Shown here: positions 24,438-33,086 of the stretch, piece by piece | How positions within the stretch are numbered: the stretch's first letter is position 1 | How the letters are laid out: every line of letters begins with the position of its first letter | Virus record (IMG/VR): IMGVR_UViG_3300023073_000004 | Span: 1,113-65,112 of that record | Origin: a virus | Direction: 5' to 3' (one strand) | DNA: 64,000 nucleotides | Notes under the pieces: generated by a model | Seen by the model: only the letters and a program-made list of their open reading frames with translations | Told to the model about the DNA's origin: nothing | Databases searched by the model: none | Translations under genes and position numbers: made by a program

Positions 24438-26839
24438 CCCTTTCGAAAGCAGCCGAGGACGCGCTTTTGGCCATCGACGAAGGCCGCGAGCCGGCGACCG
24501 TGATGACCTCCGATCAGGAGGAGCTGTTCCGGCTTCGTCTGATCGAACTCACCGGCGGGGCCGCGTTCAGTCGGACGGCTCTGCGGTTGGCCACGACGGA
24601 CGCGGGCAAGATGCTCGCTGCCTACATCCGCAAGAGGCGGGAGCACCAACGCGACGACCGCTGCTACTTCTGCGTCGGCCTGAATGTTGGCGGCCAATGC
24701 GTCAACTGCGAGGCGACACTGGCTCGACAGCGTGAAGCCGAGCAGCAAGACGCGGTCGCGAACAAACTCTCCCGGCCGAGTACGGCGCCTGTACAGGGGG
24801 TTCCCAGTGCAGGTGGCTCGGTTGCCAACTCGGAACGTGGCGCAGCAAAAGCCGCGCGACCCTGCCCGGTCTGCAAAGGCAAGAAGTGGCTCCCGAGCCC
24901 GCGATCGATCAGCGGCTTTCGTTCTTGCCCCGAGTGCCTCGGGCTGCCGCGCGTCAAAGACTCTGGAGCGTGGGAGGCGGACGAGTGCGCGCAACCGCCG
25001 AATAAGACCACGCCTGTAAGCATCGGGCTTTCCGCTGGTGCAGAGAAACGCGGGGACGGTGTGCCCACCGAGCTGGCGACTGCAAGCGCATCGGTGGGGC
25101 CTTCGGGCGAGCTGGCGGAGGATGAGTTCATCCGACTGCACGGCGAAGTCTGGACGATGCGCGTCAACGGGAAGGCTCTGGAGATTCGGAAGCGCGACTC
25201 GACGCTTGGGTCAGTGAGCTACTCACGGGCCGACATTGAGCACGCGGTCAGGGTTAACCCGCACCTTGGTCCAGACAGCTGGCCCCGCGCCCTGGCCTAC
25301 TTAGAGGGGCACAGCAGGCCGACCGGCGCCGAAGCACTCGCGGCGATGGATAGCCTGAAGACCCAAGACCCAATCGGCTTTGGCGTCGGGATGACGATCT
25401 CCGTTGCGGCGGAGGGGGAAGACCAACGCCGCGAGCTGAAAGCCCGCTGGGACGCCATGTGGCAGTCACTCGGCGCCGAGCCCTTGCTCCGAGACTCGAC
25501 GTTCCGCGCCCTGGAAAAGGCGTACTCCGAGGGCCGCCACTACCACACGTTGGAGCATGTTCTTTGGGGGCTCAGGCGTATTGATGAGATCAACGAGGCA
25601 GAGCCATGCCTTGCTCTGGCCGAGGTCCAATGCGCGATGTTCTTCCACGATGCTGTGATGAGCTTCGACGGCACGTCGGGAAATGACGAGCTGAACTCCG
25701 CGGCGTTCGCTGTACTGAAACTACTCGCGGCCGGCACTGGTGCGTTTCGGGCGAATCGCATCGCCGAACTCATCCGCGCCACGGCGCACACGGCAGAACC
25801 GACGGGTCACGATGATCGTGTCCTGGTCGACGCCGACCTGTCGATGCTCGGAGCCGACCCGGAGCGCTTCGACCGCTACGAAGCCCAAGTCCGCAAGGAA
25901 TGGGCCGCCTTCGATGACGAGCAGTTCCGAGCCGGTCGCGCCGATGTGCTTCGCCGCTTCCTCGCCATGCCGCGCATCTTCCACACGGACTACGGGCACG
26001 CGAAGTGGGAAGCCAAGGCTCGGGCGAATCTGGAGAGGTCGCTGGCCAAGCTGACGGACGAAAGGCCGAGCTACATCCCCGCATCCGCCGACTGGCTCTG
26101 GGTCACCGATGGGCTTGGGCGACGGGTGGGGGCGTGGTTCTCGCAGACGGCCGCGGATACCGGCAGTGGAGCCTATGGCCCGTACGTCATCATGCATGTC
26201 CCCGGTGGGCTCCCGCAGCACTGGGCGCCGCGTCTGGACTATTGCTGGAACAGAACCCGTCTCGGCGACCCGGGCACCCCTTCAGCCGCCGCCCAACTCC
26301 GCCCCCTCTACGAAAGGAACACCAATGCTGGACACACTGCACAAGGCGATCATCGTGACGTTGGCCCTGTCGATGGCGACGATCCTGGGCCTGCTGCTGG
26401 CGCTGGCGGTCAAGGCGCTGTGGCTGACGCTGACGCTGACGAACTAGCCCCACCCGGGCCGGCGAAGGTGTTGGCCGACCCGGAACCCGTCGAAGCCCGC
26501 ATCACGCTTCGGCTCGTTGGAGTTCCGAACTGGGCGGACGACACCGCGCACGTCAGGCTGCCCATGTACCACGTCGCTGACTTCGAGCGCGTCAAGCAGC
26601 AGCGCAACGAAGCCCTCGCCCGAGCGGAGAGGGCGGAGGCCAAAGAGGCGTCTGAGCGACTACGGGCCGACGCGAATGAGGAACTGCTTGCTATTCAAGG
26701 CGCGGCGGGCGTCCGCGAGAGGAACCGCGCCGAACAAGCCACCCGCGACCTAGCCGCCCTCCGCGCCGAGAAGGCCTCTCGCTGGGATCTGCTGGCTGGG
26801 GGCGAGGATGGGGTGGGGAAGGTGGTTTGGAATGACTGA
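24434..26839 (+). CDS. Mosaic protein: zinc fingers + HD-superfamily phosphohydrolase + coiled coil
   Basis: CPVCKGKK/CPECLG; RHYHTLEH...FHDAV...DADLSMLG HD signature; C-terminal coiled coil. Confidence 0.7.
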   Translation: MTLSKAAEDALLAIDEGREPATVMTSDQEELFRLRLIELTGGAAFSRTALRLATTDAGKMLAAYIRKRREHQRDDRCYFCVGLNVGGQCVNCEATLARQREAEQQDAVANKLSRPSTAPVQGVPSAGGSVANSERGAAKAARPCPVCKGKKWLPSPRSISGFRSCPECLGLPRVKDSGAWEADECAQPPNKTTPVSIGLSAGAEKRGDGVPTELATASASVGPSGELAEDEFIRLHGEVWTMRVNGKALEIRKRDSTLGSVSYSRADIEHAVRVNPHLGPDSWPRALAYLEGHSRPTGAEALAAMDSLKTQDPIGFGVGMTISVAAEGEDQRRELKARWDAMWQSLGAEPLLRDSTFRALEKAYSEGRHYHTLEHVLWGLRRIDEINEAEPCLALAEVQCAMFFHDAVMSFDGTSGNDELNSAAFAVLKLLAAGTGAFRANRIAELIRATAHTAEPTGHDDRVLVDADLSMLGADPERFDRYEAQVRKEWAAFDDEQFRAGRADVLRRFLAMPRIFHTDYGHAKWEAKARANLERSLAKLTDERPSYIPASADWLWVTDGLGRRVGAWFSQTAADTGSGAYGPYVIMHVPGGLPQHWAPRLDYCWNRTRLGDPGTPSAAAQLRPLYERNTNAGHTAQGDHRDVGPVDGDDPGPAAGAGGQGAVADADADELAPPGPAKVLADPEPVEARITLRLVGVPNWADDTAHVRLPMYHVADFERVKQQRNEALARAERAEAKEASERLRADANEELLAIQGAAGVRERNRAEQATRDLAALRAEKASRWDLLAGGEDGVGKVVWND
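26325..26447 (+). CDS. Nested 40-aa membrane peptide in the +1 frame of the HD ORF
   Basis: RBS GAAAGGAACACCA-ATG; G/C-ending codons in this frame but A/T-ending in the host frame; single TM. Confidence 0.65.
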   Translation: MLDTLHKAIIVTLALSMATILGLLLALAVKALWLTLTLTN

Positions 26840-27068
26840 CCGACTGAATCGCGAAGAAATCCGCCAGATCCTCGCCGAGGTGGTCGACATCGCGCGCCCT
26901 GTCGTCATGACGACCGACCAGCTCTGCGCGGCGCTGCACATCACGCGGCCGACGCTGCGCAAGCAGATCGCCAAGGGGCTGCCCATGCATTCGCTGGGAC
27001 CGAAACTCGACCGGTTCATCTGGTCCGAAGTCGAAGCGTGGATCAAGGCACAGGAGGGAGCGGCGTAG
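26832..27068 (+). CDS. xis: Excisionase (AlpA/HTH_17-like)
   Basis: MTTDQLCAALHITRPTLRK...LP...RF.WSEVEAWI; immediately upstream of the integrase. Confidence 0.75.
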   Translation: MTDRLNREEIRQILAEVVDIARPVVMTTDQLCAALHITRPTLRKQIAKGLPMHSLGPKLDRFIWSEVEAWIKAQEGAA

Positions 27069-28465
27069 TGGCTATCGTAACCAGGAAAAACAAGAGCGGG
27101 CCCGTCCACTGGGTGGTGCTCCGAGTCGACGGCAAGTCGACCTGGCGCAAGGCCGGCAGCGGCAAGGTCATGGCCGAGGCGAAGGCGCTGGAGTCCAAGT
27201 GGAAGGGCCAGTTGAAGGCCGGCACCTACGACAAGGCCGAGGCGCTGCCCGAGATGCCGACCGTGGCGGAGTATGGCGCACACTGGCTCCGGAAGCGCTC
27301 CAACCGTCGCGCCAGGGATGACGCGCGCCTGTTCCGTCTGCACGTCGAGCCGCAGTCGATCTCGAGCGAGCGCTTGACCGACGTTCGGCCGCGCCATGCC
27401 CTGGAGCTCGTCGAGCAGCTCCGGGCGAAGGGGCTTGCCGACAAGACGATCTCCAACGTGGTCGCCGTGCTCCACACCATGTTCCGCGACGCCATCCTGG
27501 GCGAGCGCGCCTACACCCAGCCGATGGTGTTGCCCAAGGAGATGCTCAAGCGCCGCCGCAAGAAGGAGCCAGAGATCTACCAGCCGGGCGAGTGCTTGGC
27601 GCTCATGCGAAACGAGCGCATCCCGGCCCCGGTCCGGGTGCTCTGGGCCATCCTGTTCTGCACCGGGGTTCGCCAGGGCGAAGGGGTCGGCCTGCGCTGG
27701 AAGGCCGCCCAGGAGGCCCTGGGCATGAACGCCCTGCACATTCGCGAGCAATACGACGGGGCGCCCCTCAAGACCGACACGTCCCGGGTGGTTCCGGTCC
27801 ACCCCGAGCTCGCGCCCGTCCTGACCTGGTGGGCGACCGAGGGCTGGCTGCTTTGGGTGGGTCGTCGACCCGGGCCCGACGACTTCCTGGTCCCGGCCGA
27901 GACCGGCGTGCCGCTCACCAAGGACGCCAGCTACAAGGCGCTCCGGCGGTCGTGCGAGGCCATCGGCGTTCCGTGGCACGGCGTCCACGGCACGCGTCAC
28001 ACGTTCATCAGCCTGTGCAAACGCGGCGGAGCGGACCACCGGAACCTGCGCACGATCACCCACAACCCGCTCGGCGACATCGTCGATGGCTACACGCGGC
28101 AGGACTGGGAGCCGCTCTGCGCGGTCGTTCGCTGCCTCTCGTTTGATCAGGATCTACGGATTTCGCTGCCTTCAGGAAACCACGGGAAAAATCCTTTCAT
28201 CAAAAATGCATCTGTACCCCTTGTTTTAGCTGGATTGCCAGAAAACACGAAAGCAGAGCCGGGTCTAGCACCCGACGCTTCCGCCACGAAATCAGCTGCG
28301 CCAGTAACGCGATCTAACATCCGATCTAACAGTGACCGTCGGAGGCTCACGATCGGGGCATTTGCGCTGGGCTACGTGGCTCGCTCCATGCCCCGGCTGG
28401 GCCTCCCGAGGGGCGACTGGGTCGGACGCGCCGAGGCCGCTGTGGCCAGCCTGGAGGCCGCATGA
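27068..28465 (+). CDS. int: Tyrosine integrase with a C-terminal extension containing attP
   Basis: Catalytic R (TGVRQGE), K (PLKT), HxxR (HGTRH), H (THN), Y (DGYT); GTG start overlapping the xis stop. Confidence 0.92.
   Translation: MAIVTRKNKSGPVHWVVLRVDGKSTWRKAGSGKVMAEAKALESKWKGQLKAGTYDKAEALPEMPTVAEYGAHWLRKRSNRRARDDARLFRLHVEPQSISSERLTDVRPRHALELVEQLRAKGLADKTISNVVAVLHTMFRDAILGERAYTQPMVLPKEMLKRRRKKEPEIYQPGECLALMRNERIPAPVRVLWAILFCTGVRQGEGVGLRWKAAQEALGMNALHIREQYDGAPLKTDTSRVVPVHPELAPVLTWWATEGWLLWVGRRPGPDDFLVPAETGVPLTKDASYKALRRSCEAIGVPWHGVHGTRHTFISLCKRGGADHRNLRTITHNPLGDIVDGYTRQDWEPLCAVVRCLSFDQDLRISLPSGNHGKNPFIKNASVPLVLAGLPENTKAEPGLAPDASATKSAAPVTRSNIRSNSDRRRLTIGAFALGYVARSMPRLGLPRGDWVGRAEAAVASLEAA
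28142..28331 (+). other. Putative attP: core CCCGACGCTTCCGCCA (28271-28286) with AT-rich spacer and arm repeats
   Basis: Core resembles tRNA-Ser/tRNA-Sec 3' ends (..CGCTTCCGCCA); direct repeat CGATCTAACA at 28310-28319 and 28322-28331; related GATCTAC at 28151; local AT-richness. Confidence 0.7.
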
Positions 28466-28605
28466 CCTCCCCCCTCCCCTGCCCAGGCTGCGCCCACCTG
28501 GCCCCCGCCGATGCAGCCCTACTGCCGAGCGGCTGGTGCTGTGTCGGCTGCAGCTCCGTCGAGGCCGTGGCCTGGGCGCAGCTGGGGGAAGGGAGGACGG
28601 GGTGA
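28462..28605 (+). CDS. Small Cys-rich protein
   Basis: MTSPLPCPGC...CVGC; ATGA/GTGA coupling. Confidence 0.5.
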   Translation: MTSPLPCPGCAHLAPADAALLPSGWCCVGCSSVEAVAWAQLGEGRTG

Positions 28606-28832
28606 GCACGGTCGGCATTGCGGGCACGGTCCAAGTGCCTCCTGACATGAAACCCGAGGAGCCCCTGACGAAGCTCCTCGGCAAAGACGGCGCCGTGACC
28701 GTCGTCCTTTGGTGCTCCGACGACCTGGAGGGCCCAGGCGGCGACGTCCGACTACTCCTCGCGCAGGCGGACGCCTTGGAAGAGATGGCGCGTCACTTGC
28801 GAGCAATGACGCTGGTGGAGGTCCCACTCTGA
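28602..28832 (+). CDS. Hypothetical protein
   Basis: GTG start overlapping the upstream stop; TGATG at the end. Confidence 0.5.
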   Translation: MSTVGIAGTVQVPPDMKPEEPLTKLLGKDGAVTVVLWCSDDLEGPGGDVRLLLAQADALEEMARHLRAMTLVEVPL

Positions 28833-29164
28833 TGACCGCCCTCCGCCTCATCACCTCCCGCCCGCTCCGTCGCTCCGTCTGCCCCCTCACAGTCACCGGC
28901 ACAACGCTTCACCACGTCCCGACGGGGCTGCACTACCGGCTCCCCTGGCACCACGCGCGCTGCTTGGCCGAGGCTATTCACCAGACGCTCGACGGGCCCG
29001 CTCAGGTCGCCGCCGCCGGCTTCGTGGTCCGGCGCGTCGGCAAGTTCTTTCTGCTCGACGGCGCTGCGTTCGATTTGCCGCTGGTCCAGCTGACGCGGAT
29101 GCAGGCGGTTTACCTGGGGACGGAGTTGGCGAGGGTGCGGAGATTGGGGGTGGTGGGTGACTGA
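28832..29164 (+). CDS. Hypothetical protein
   Basis: MTALRLITSRP...; coupled. Confidence 0.5.
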   Translation: MTALRLITSRPLRRSVCPLTVTGTTLHHVPTGLHYRLPWHHARCLAEAIHQTLDGPAQVAAAGFVVRRVGKFFLLDGAAFDLPLVQLTRMQAVYLGTELARVRRLGVVGD

Positions 29165-29855
29165 GCGCCCAATCCTCTTCAGCGGCGAGATGGTCCGCGC
29201 GATCCTCGACGGTCGGAAGACGCAGACGCGGCGGGTCATCACGCCTGGGACGGCGCTTTTCGACGGCAGCTCGTGGCCGAAGACGCGGCCTCCAACGGAT
29301 GCCGCCTGGGACTGCGCGTTCGTCGACCCTGGTCCTTCTCCGGCTGGAAACCGGGGCCCGTACCTGCAGCTGCCCTTTCCTAAACACGATCACGAGGTGC
29401 ACCGGATCTACCCACGGATCTGGGCCGGAGATCGCCTCTGGGTCCGCGAAACCTGGGCCACCACTGAGCAGGCGGGCGTGCATCCGTCCGACGCGGAGTT
29501 CGTCTATCGCGCCACCGATCCGGCCTGGGGCACAGAGATGGTTGGTTGGAAGTGGCAACCAAGCATCTTCATGCCGCGGTGGGCATCGCGTCTGCTCCTA
29601 GACGTCGTGAGCGTGCGTCCTGAGCGACTGCAGGACATCTCCGAGGAGGATGCCAAGACCGAGGGCGTCACGACCGACAAGCAGCGCGGCACCGTCAACG
29701 GCGAGCCCGCCGACCTGTACCCAATGACTCACAAGCAGTCCTTCATGTGGCTCTGGGACTCGATCAACGGCAAACGCCCCGGCTGCTCGTGGGCGGCGAA
29801 TCCGTGGGTTTGGGTAGTCTCGTTCAAGCGGGCGGAGGGGGCAGACCATGGCTGA
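29157..29855 (+). CDS. ASCH/PUA-like conserved phage protein
   Basis: ERPILFSGEMVRAILDGRKTQTRR, GDRLWVRETW, WQPSIFMPRWASR, ERLQDISEEDA, NPWVWV. Confidence 0.85.
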   Translation: MTERPILFSGEMVRAILDGRKTQTRRVITPGTALFDGSSWPKTRPPTDAAWDCAFVDPGPSPAGNRGPYLQLPFPKHDHEVHRIYPRIWAGDRLWVRETWATTEQAGVHPSDAEFVYRATDPAWGTEMVGWKWQPSIFMPRWASRLLLDVVSVRPERLQDISEEDAKTEGVTTDKQRGTVNGEPADLYPMTHKQSFMWLWDSINGKRPGCSWAANPWVWVVSFKRAEGADHG

Positions 29856-30342
29856 CCTCTGCCAAACCTGCGGCATCCGCTTGGACCCCGACGGGCTTTG
29901 CCAGTGCCCGGAGGTGTTGCTGGAGCGCGTCGAATTGCTCGATGGGAAGCTCTACGAGGCACAGGCGGCACTGCGCGGCCTTCTCGGTCTCTGGATCGCC
30001 TACACCTGTCCGTACTGCGGCGAGGAAATCTATCGCCTGCCGTTTCATCAGATTCAGAGCACCAGCAACAACGAGACCTGCCGCGCGCACGATGCGCAGT
30101 GCTCGGCGATGCACAAGGCGCTCGGTCTGGATCGACTTCGTTCTCTGCGGGCGAAACTGATGCGGGAGCGGGCCGATACGCACGAGGCTAACTCGAAGGT
30201 CGCATTCCTCGCTGCCCACGACATGCGGCGAGAGCACTGCTCAGCGCAGGCCGACGTGTACGAAGCGGAAAACGAGTCGCTCATCGAGCGCGCCCGTCGT
30301 CTGCGCGCCAAGGCCGATCGCATCGAGCGAGGTGCGCCGTGA
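29848..30342 (+). CDS. Hypothetical protein with Cys motifs and coiled coil
   Basis: CQTCG, CPYCG; coupled. Confidence 0.55.
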   Translation: MADLCQTCGIRLDPDGLCQCPEVLLERVELLDGKLYEAQAALRGLLGLWIAYTCPYCGEEIYRLPFHQIQSTSNNETCRAHDAQCSAMHKALGLDRLRSLRAKLMRERADTHEANSKVAFLAAHDMRREHCSAQADVYEAENESLIERARRLRAKADRIERGAP

Positions 30343-30857
30343 GCGAGCGACCGATCCTCTTCCTCGACGTGGACGGCGTGCTCAACTCCAACGAGCACAA
30401 AACGCGCGGCGATGTGTGGGGCATGTCCGGCTACCACATAAGCCAACTCGCCCGCGTTCTCCGCGCCACTGGTTGCCAGATCGTAGTTTCGTCGAGCTGG
30501 CGCCGTGGCGGCATTGGCCCCGGGTCCGATTTCTACGAGCAGCTCATCGAGCACGCGTTCGGCGGGGCGATTCTGCGCGAAGTCATCGACTCGACCCCAC
30601 TCGGCGAAAAGCTGTGGACGGATGGCGCGTACAATCGTGGATGGGAAATCGCGCACTGGCTTGGCGAGCACCCAGGCGTCACGTGCTTTGCCATTGTCGA
30701 CGACGACGAAGACGCCGGCTCCTACGCGCCTGAGCGGTTCGTCCAAACGACCATGCGCTCAGGTCTCACGCCAGCGCTGGCCGACCGATTGATCGCGCTC
30801 CTCTGCGAGTCCGAAACCACCACGCCCGCGCCCCAACCGGCAGCGAGCACCAAGTAA
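30339..30857 (+). CDS. HAD-family phosphatase (Swiss Army Knife RNA-repair-like HAD)
   Basis: ILFLDVDGVLNS, IVVSSSWR, RGWEI..WL, FAIVDD. Confidence 0.88.
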   Translation: MSERPILFLDVDGVLNSNEHKTRGDVWGMSGYHISQLARVLRATGCQIVVSSSWRRGGIGPGSDFYEQLIEHAFGGAILREVIDSTPLGEKLWTDGAYNRGWEIAHWLGEHPGVTCFAIVDDDEDAGSYAPERFVQTTMRSGLTPALADRLIALLCESETTTPAPQPAASTK

Positions 30858-30955
30858 GGCCTCATGACCATGCGAGCCCAAGGGACATCTGCACGCGTTC
30901 GAACTGAACGGATATTGCCCGCAGGATTGACACGGGTGGGGCGGGGAGGCGCGAG

Positions 30956-31162
30956 ATGACGAGCGAGTCGAATATCGATCCGCGCGCCGTCGAGCTGGCA
31001 AAGCGGCATCCGTTCTCGGCGGCCGAGGTGCACACGCTCCTCGTCGACTGCGCGTGGGACGTCAAGATTGCGGAGCAGTTGTTGCTCATGGCGCAGGCGA
31101 TCGACCGGCCTCTTTCCAAGATTCGTCTGGCTCTGGCCGACATCAAGCGGGGTGCGCAGTGA
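30956..31162 (+). CDS. Hypothetical protein
   Basis: GGGGAGG SD; GTGA coupling. Confidence 0.55.
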   Translation: MTSESNIDPRAVELAKRHPFSAAEVHTLLVDCAWDVKIAEQLLLMAQAIDRPLSKIRLALADIKRGAQ

Positions 31163-31645
31163 CCGCCCCCTTCCCCTTCCCCTGGCGCCAGCACCTCGCT
31201 GAGGCCTTGGCAACGCTCGCCGCTCCGCCAGCGCTCCCGCACATCGAACGCCCGACACCGCGCGGTGACGTCGTCGCGCGCTTCGTGCTCCCGCTGGACC
31301 TTTGCAAACCGATCAACCGGCTCGCGCGCTCGGGGACCGCTTCTGCTGGCTGGGCGCTCGGCAAGATGAAGTCCGACGCGCTCACGCTCATGAAGGTGCA
31401 GATCCGCGGGAAGCCGTCGAAGGAGCCGCTCACGGGGCGCCCCCCAGGTGCTCTGCGTTCGCTTCTCCTCGGTCGAGCCGGACCACGAAAGCGGGTGGTG
31501 CAAGAACCCGGTCGATCGACTCCGCGGCGGGAAGATGGGACTTGGGTTCTTGGTGGATGATGCGCCGAGGTTTCTCGAGCTGCGAACTTGGTGGGAGCCG
31601 AGTCCGCCGAAGAAGGGGTTTGTTTTTGTGGAGGTCAGATCGTGA
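31159..31645 (+). pseudogene. RusA-like Holliday junction resolvase split by a +1 frameshift in a C6 run (31440-31445)
   Basis: Frame 0 ends ...EPLTGRP; the +1 frame continues QVLCVRFSSVEPDHESGWCKNPVDRL...GFLVDDAPRF with RusA-like D..K..D..DD spacing. Confidence 0.6.
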
Positions 31646-32172
31646 AAATCATCAGAGGCATTCCGACGACCTACCGCGGCATCAACATGCGCAGCCGGAC
31701 CGAGGCGCGCGTCGCAGCTTTCTTCGACGAGCTAGACTGGGAGTGGGAGTACGAGCCGGACGACCTGAACTACTACATCCCTGATTTCGTGCTGCACCTG
31801 CCGCGCGCCGACGTCTTGGTGGAGGTCAAGTCTTCGGTCGAGGACATCGCCGAAGCAAAGACCAAGCTCGAACTCAGCGGGTGGGAGAAGGAGGCAATCA
31901 TCGTCTCGCGCGGCCCGGGCCTGCTTTCCGCTGGTGACTACGTAATCGGCAACTTGCTGGAGGCGAAAGGACCCGAGCGCCCAGGCCACGAGTGGCACTT
32001 GGCAGTCACCAAGTTCTGCATCTCCTGCGGCCGGGTCACATTCATCTCGGACAGCAACAGCTGGCACTGCCGTCACTGCGGAGCTGACGACGGCAACGCA
32101 CACATCGGAGATTTCGACCCGCGCGAGGCGTGGAAGAACGCGACGAACCGCGTTCAGTGGAGGCCGGAGTGA
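31642..32172 (+). CDS. PD-(D/E)XK endonuclease-like protein
   Basis: TTYRGINMRSRTEARVAAFFD...WEYEP...YIPDF...VEVK. Confidence 0.8.
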   Translation: MKIIRGIPTTYRGINMRSRTEARVAAFFDELDWEWEYEPDDLNYYIPDFVLHLPRADVLVEVKSSVEDIAEAKTKLELSGWEKEAIIVSRGPGLLSAGDYVIGNLLEAKGPERPGHEWHLAVTKFCISCGRVTFISDSNSWHCRHCGADDGNAHIGDFDPREAWKNATNRVQWRPE

Positions 32173-33086
32173 ACCGATACGAGTTCTACCCAGGCGACTA
32201 TTTGAAGGACACCCTCGGGCTGACGATGCTCGAGGACGGGGCCTATCGAAGACTCTTGGACCACTACTATTCGACCGAGCAACCCATCGCCGATGGCGAG
32301 AGGTTTCGCGTCACCAGAGCAAGCTCGAAGGCCGAGCGCGACGCAACCCAGCGGGTTTTGGATAGGTTCTTCCAGAAAACCGAGTCGGTTTGGTCGCACC
32401 GCAAGGTCGAGCAGGAGATCGAGAAGGCCATGCCCAAGGTCGCCGCCGCCAGGGAGAACGGTCGAAAGGGCGGCAGACCAAGAACCCACAGAGAACCCAG
32501 TGGGTTACAGGCGGATCAGGGTGGAACCGCTACCCAGCATCGATCCAGCGTCAAAATCGCGACCGAATTGGTCAGAGAAGAATCTCCGACCGAAAGCGTT
32601 GCTCACGAGACCGCGAAACTGCCTAAGTCGTTAGAATCACATGAGTCGCGAAACCCAGTGGGTTTTCTGGAAGAACCCAGATCGAACCCAGGAGAAACCC
32701 AGAGCGAAAGCTATCCTGCTCCTCTATCCTCACTCCCTTCTATTCAAGAGAAAAGTCGGGCTGTCCTACGTGACCCACACTCGCTGAGATTTCACGAGCC
32801 CAACCTTTGGCCGGAGGTCGTGGAAGTCGCGAACCTAGTGCACGAAGCGATCGGGCTGAGACCGCCGAAGCTGGCCGGCAAAGATCCCGCGGTCAAAGCG
32901 CTACTCGAGCTGTTCGCTGCTGGCCACACCATCGAAGAATTCCACGAAGTCGCTCCGAAGCTGCTCGAGCACCAGTGGTTTTCGACCGTCAAGAAACTCC
33001 ACGCCCTGACCCCGAGCGTGTTTCGCGACTGTCTCGACGCTGCGCCGCTGGCCAAGGCCGCAGGAAGCGAGTGGGACGATGATTGA
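32169..33086 (+). CDS. Replication initiator, YdaU/DUF1376-like
   Basis: YEFYPGDYLKDTLGLTMLEDGAYRRLLDHYY...ARENGRKGGRP. Confidence 0.85.
   Translation: MNRYEFYPGDYLKDTLGLTMLEDGAYRRLLDHYYSTEQPIADGERFRVTRASSKAERDATQRVLDRFFQKTESVWSHRKVEQEIEKAMPKVAAARENGRKGGRPRTHREPSGLQADQGGTATQHRSSVKIATELVREESPTESVAHETAKLPKSLESHESRNPVGFLEEPRSNPGETQSESYPAPLSSLPSIQEKSRAVLRDPHSLRFHEPNLWPEVVEVANLVHEAIGLRPPKLAGKDPAVKALLELFAAGHTIEEFHEVAPKLLEHQWFSTVKKLHALTPSVFRDCLDAAPLAKAAGSEWDDD
32345..32702 (+). repeat. Iteron-like AACCCAG / AACCCAGTGGGTT repeats (putative replication origin)
   Basis: AACCCAG(T/C)GGGTT at 32345, 32494, 32652; AACCCAG at 32674, 32685, 32696; inside the initiator gene. Confidence 0.6.

Noticed and set aside
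24434-26839. Stop-codon reassignment as an explanation for long or fused ORFs
   Set aside because: TGA, TAG and TAA all terminate well-defined genes at coupled junctions; standard code fits
30927-30932. TTGACA as the -35 of a replication-operon promoter
   Set aside because: No plausible -10 at 16-18 nt spacing
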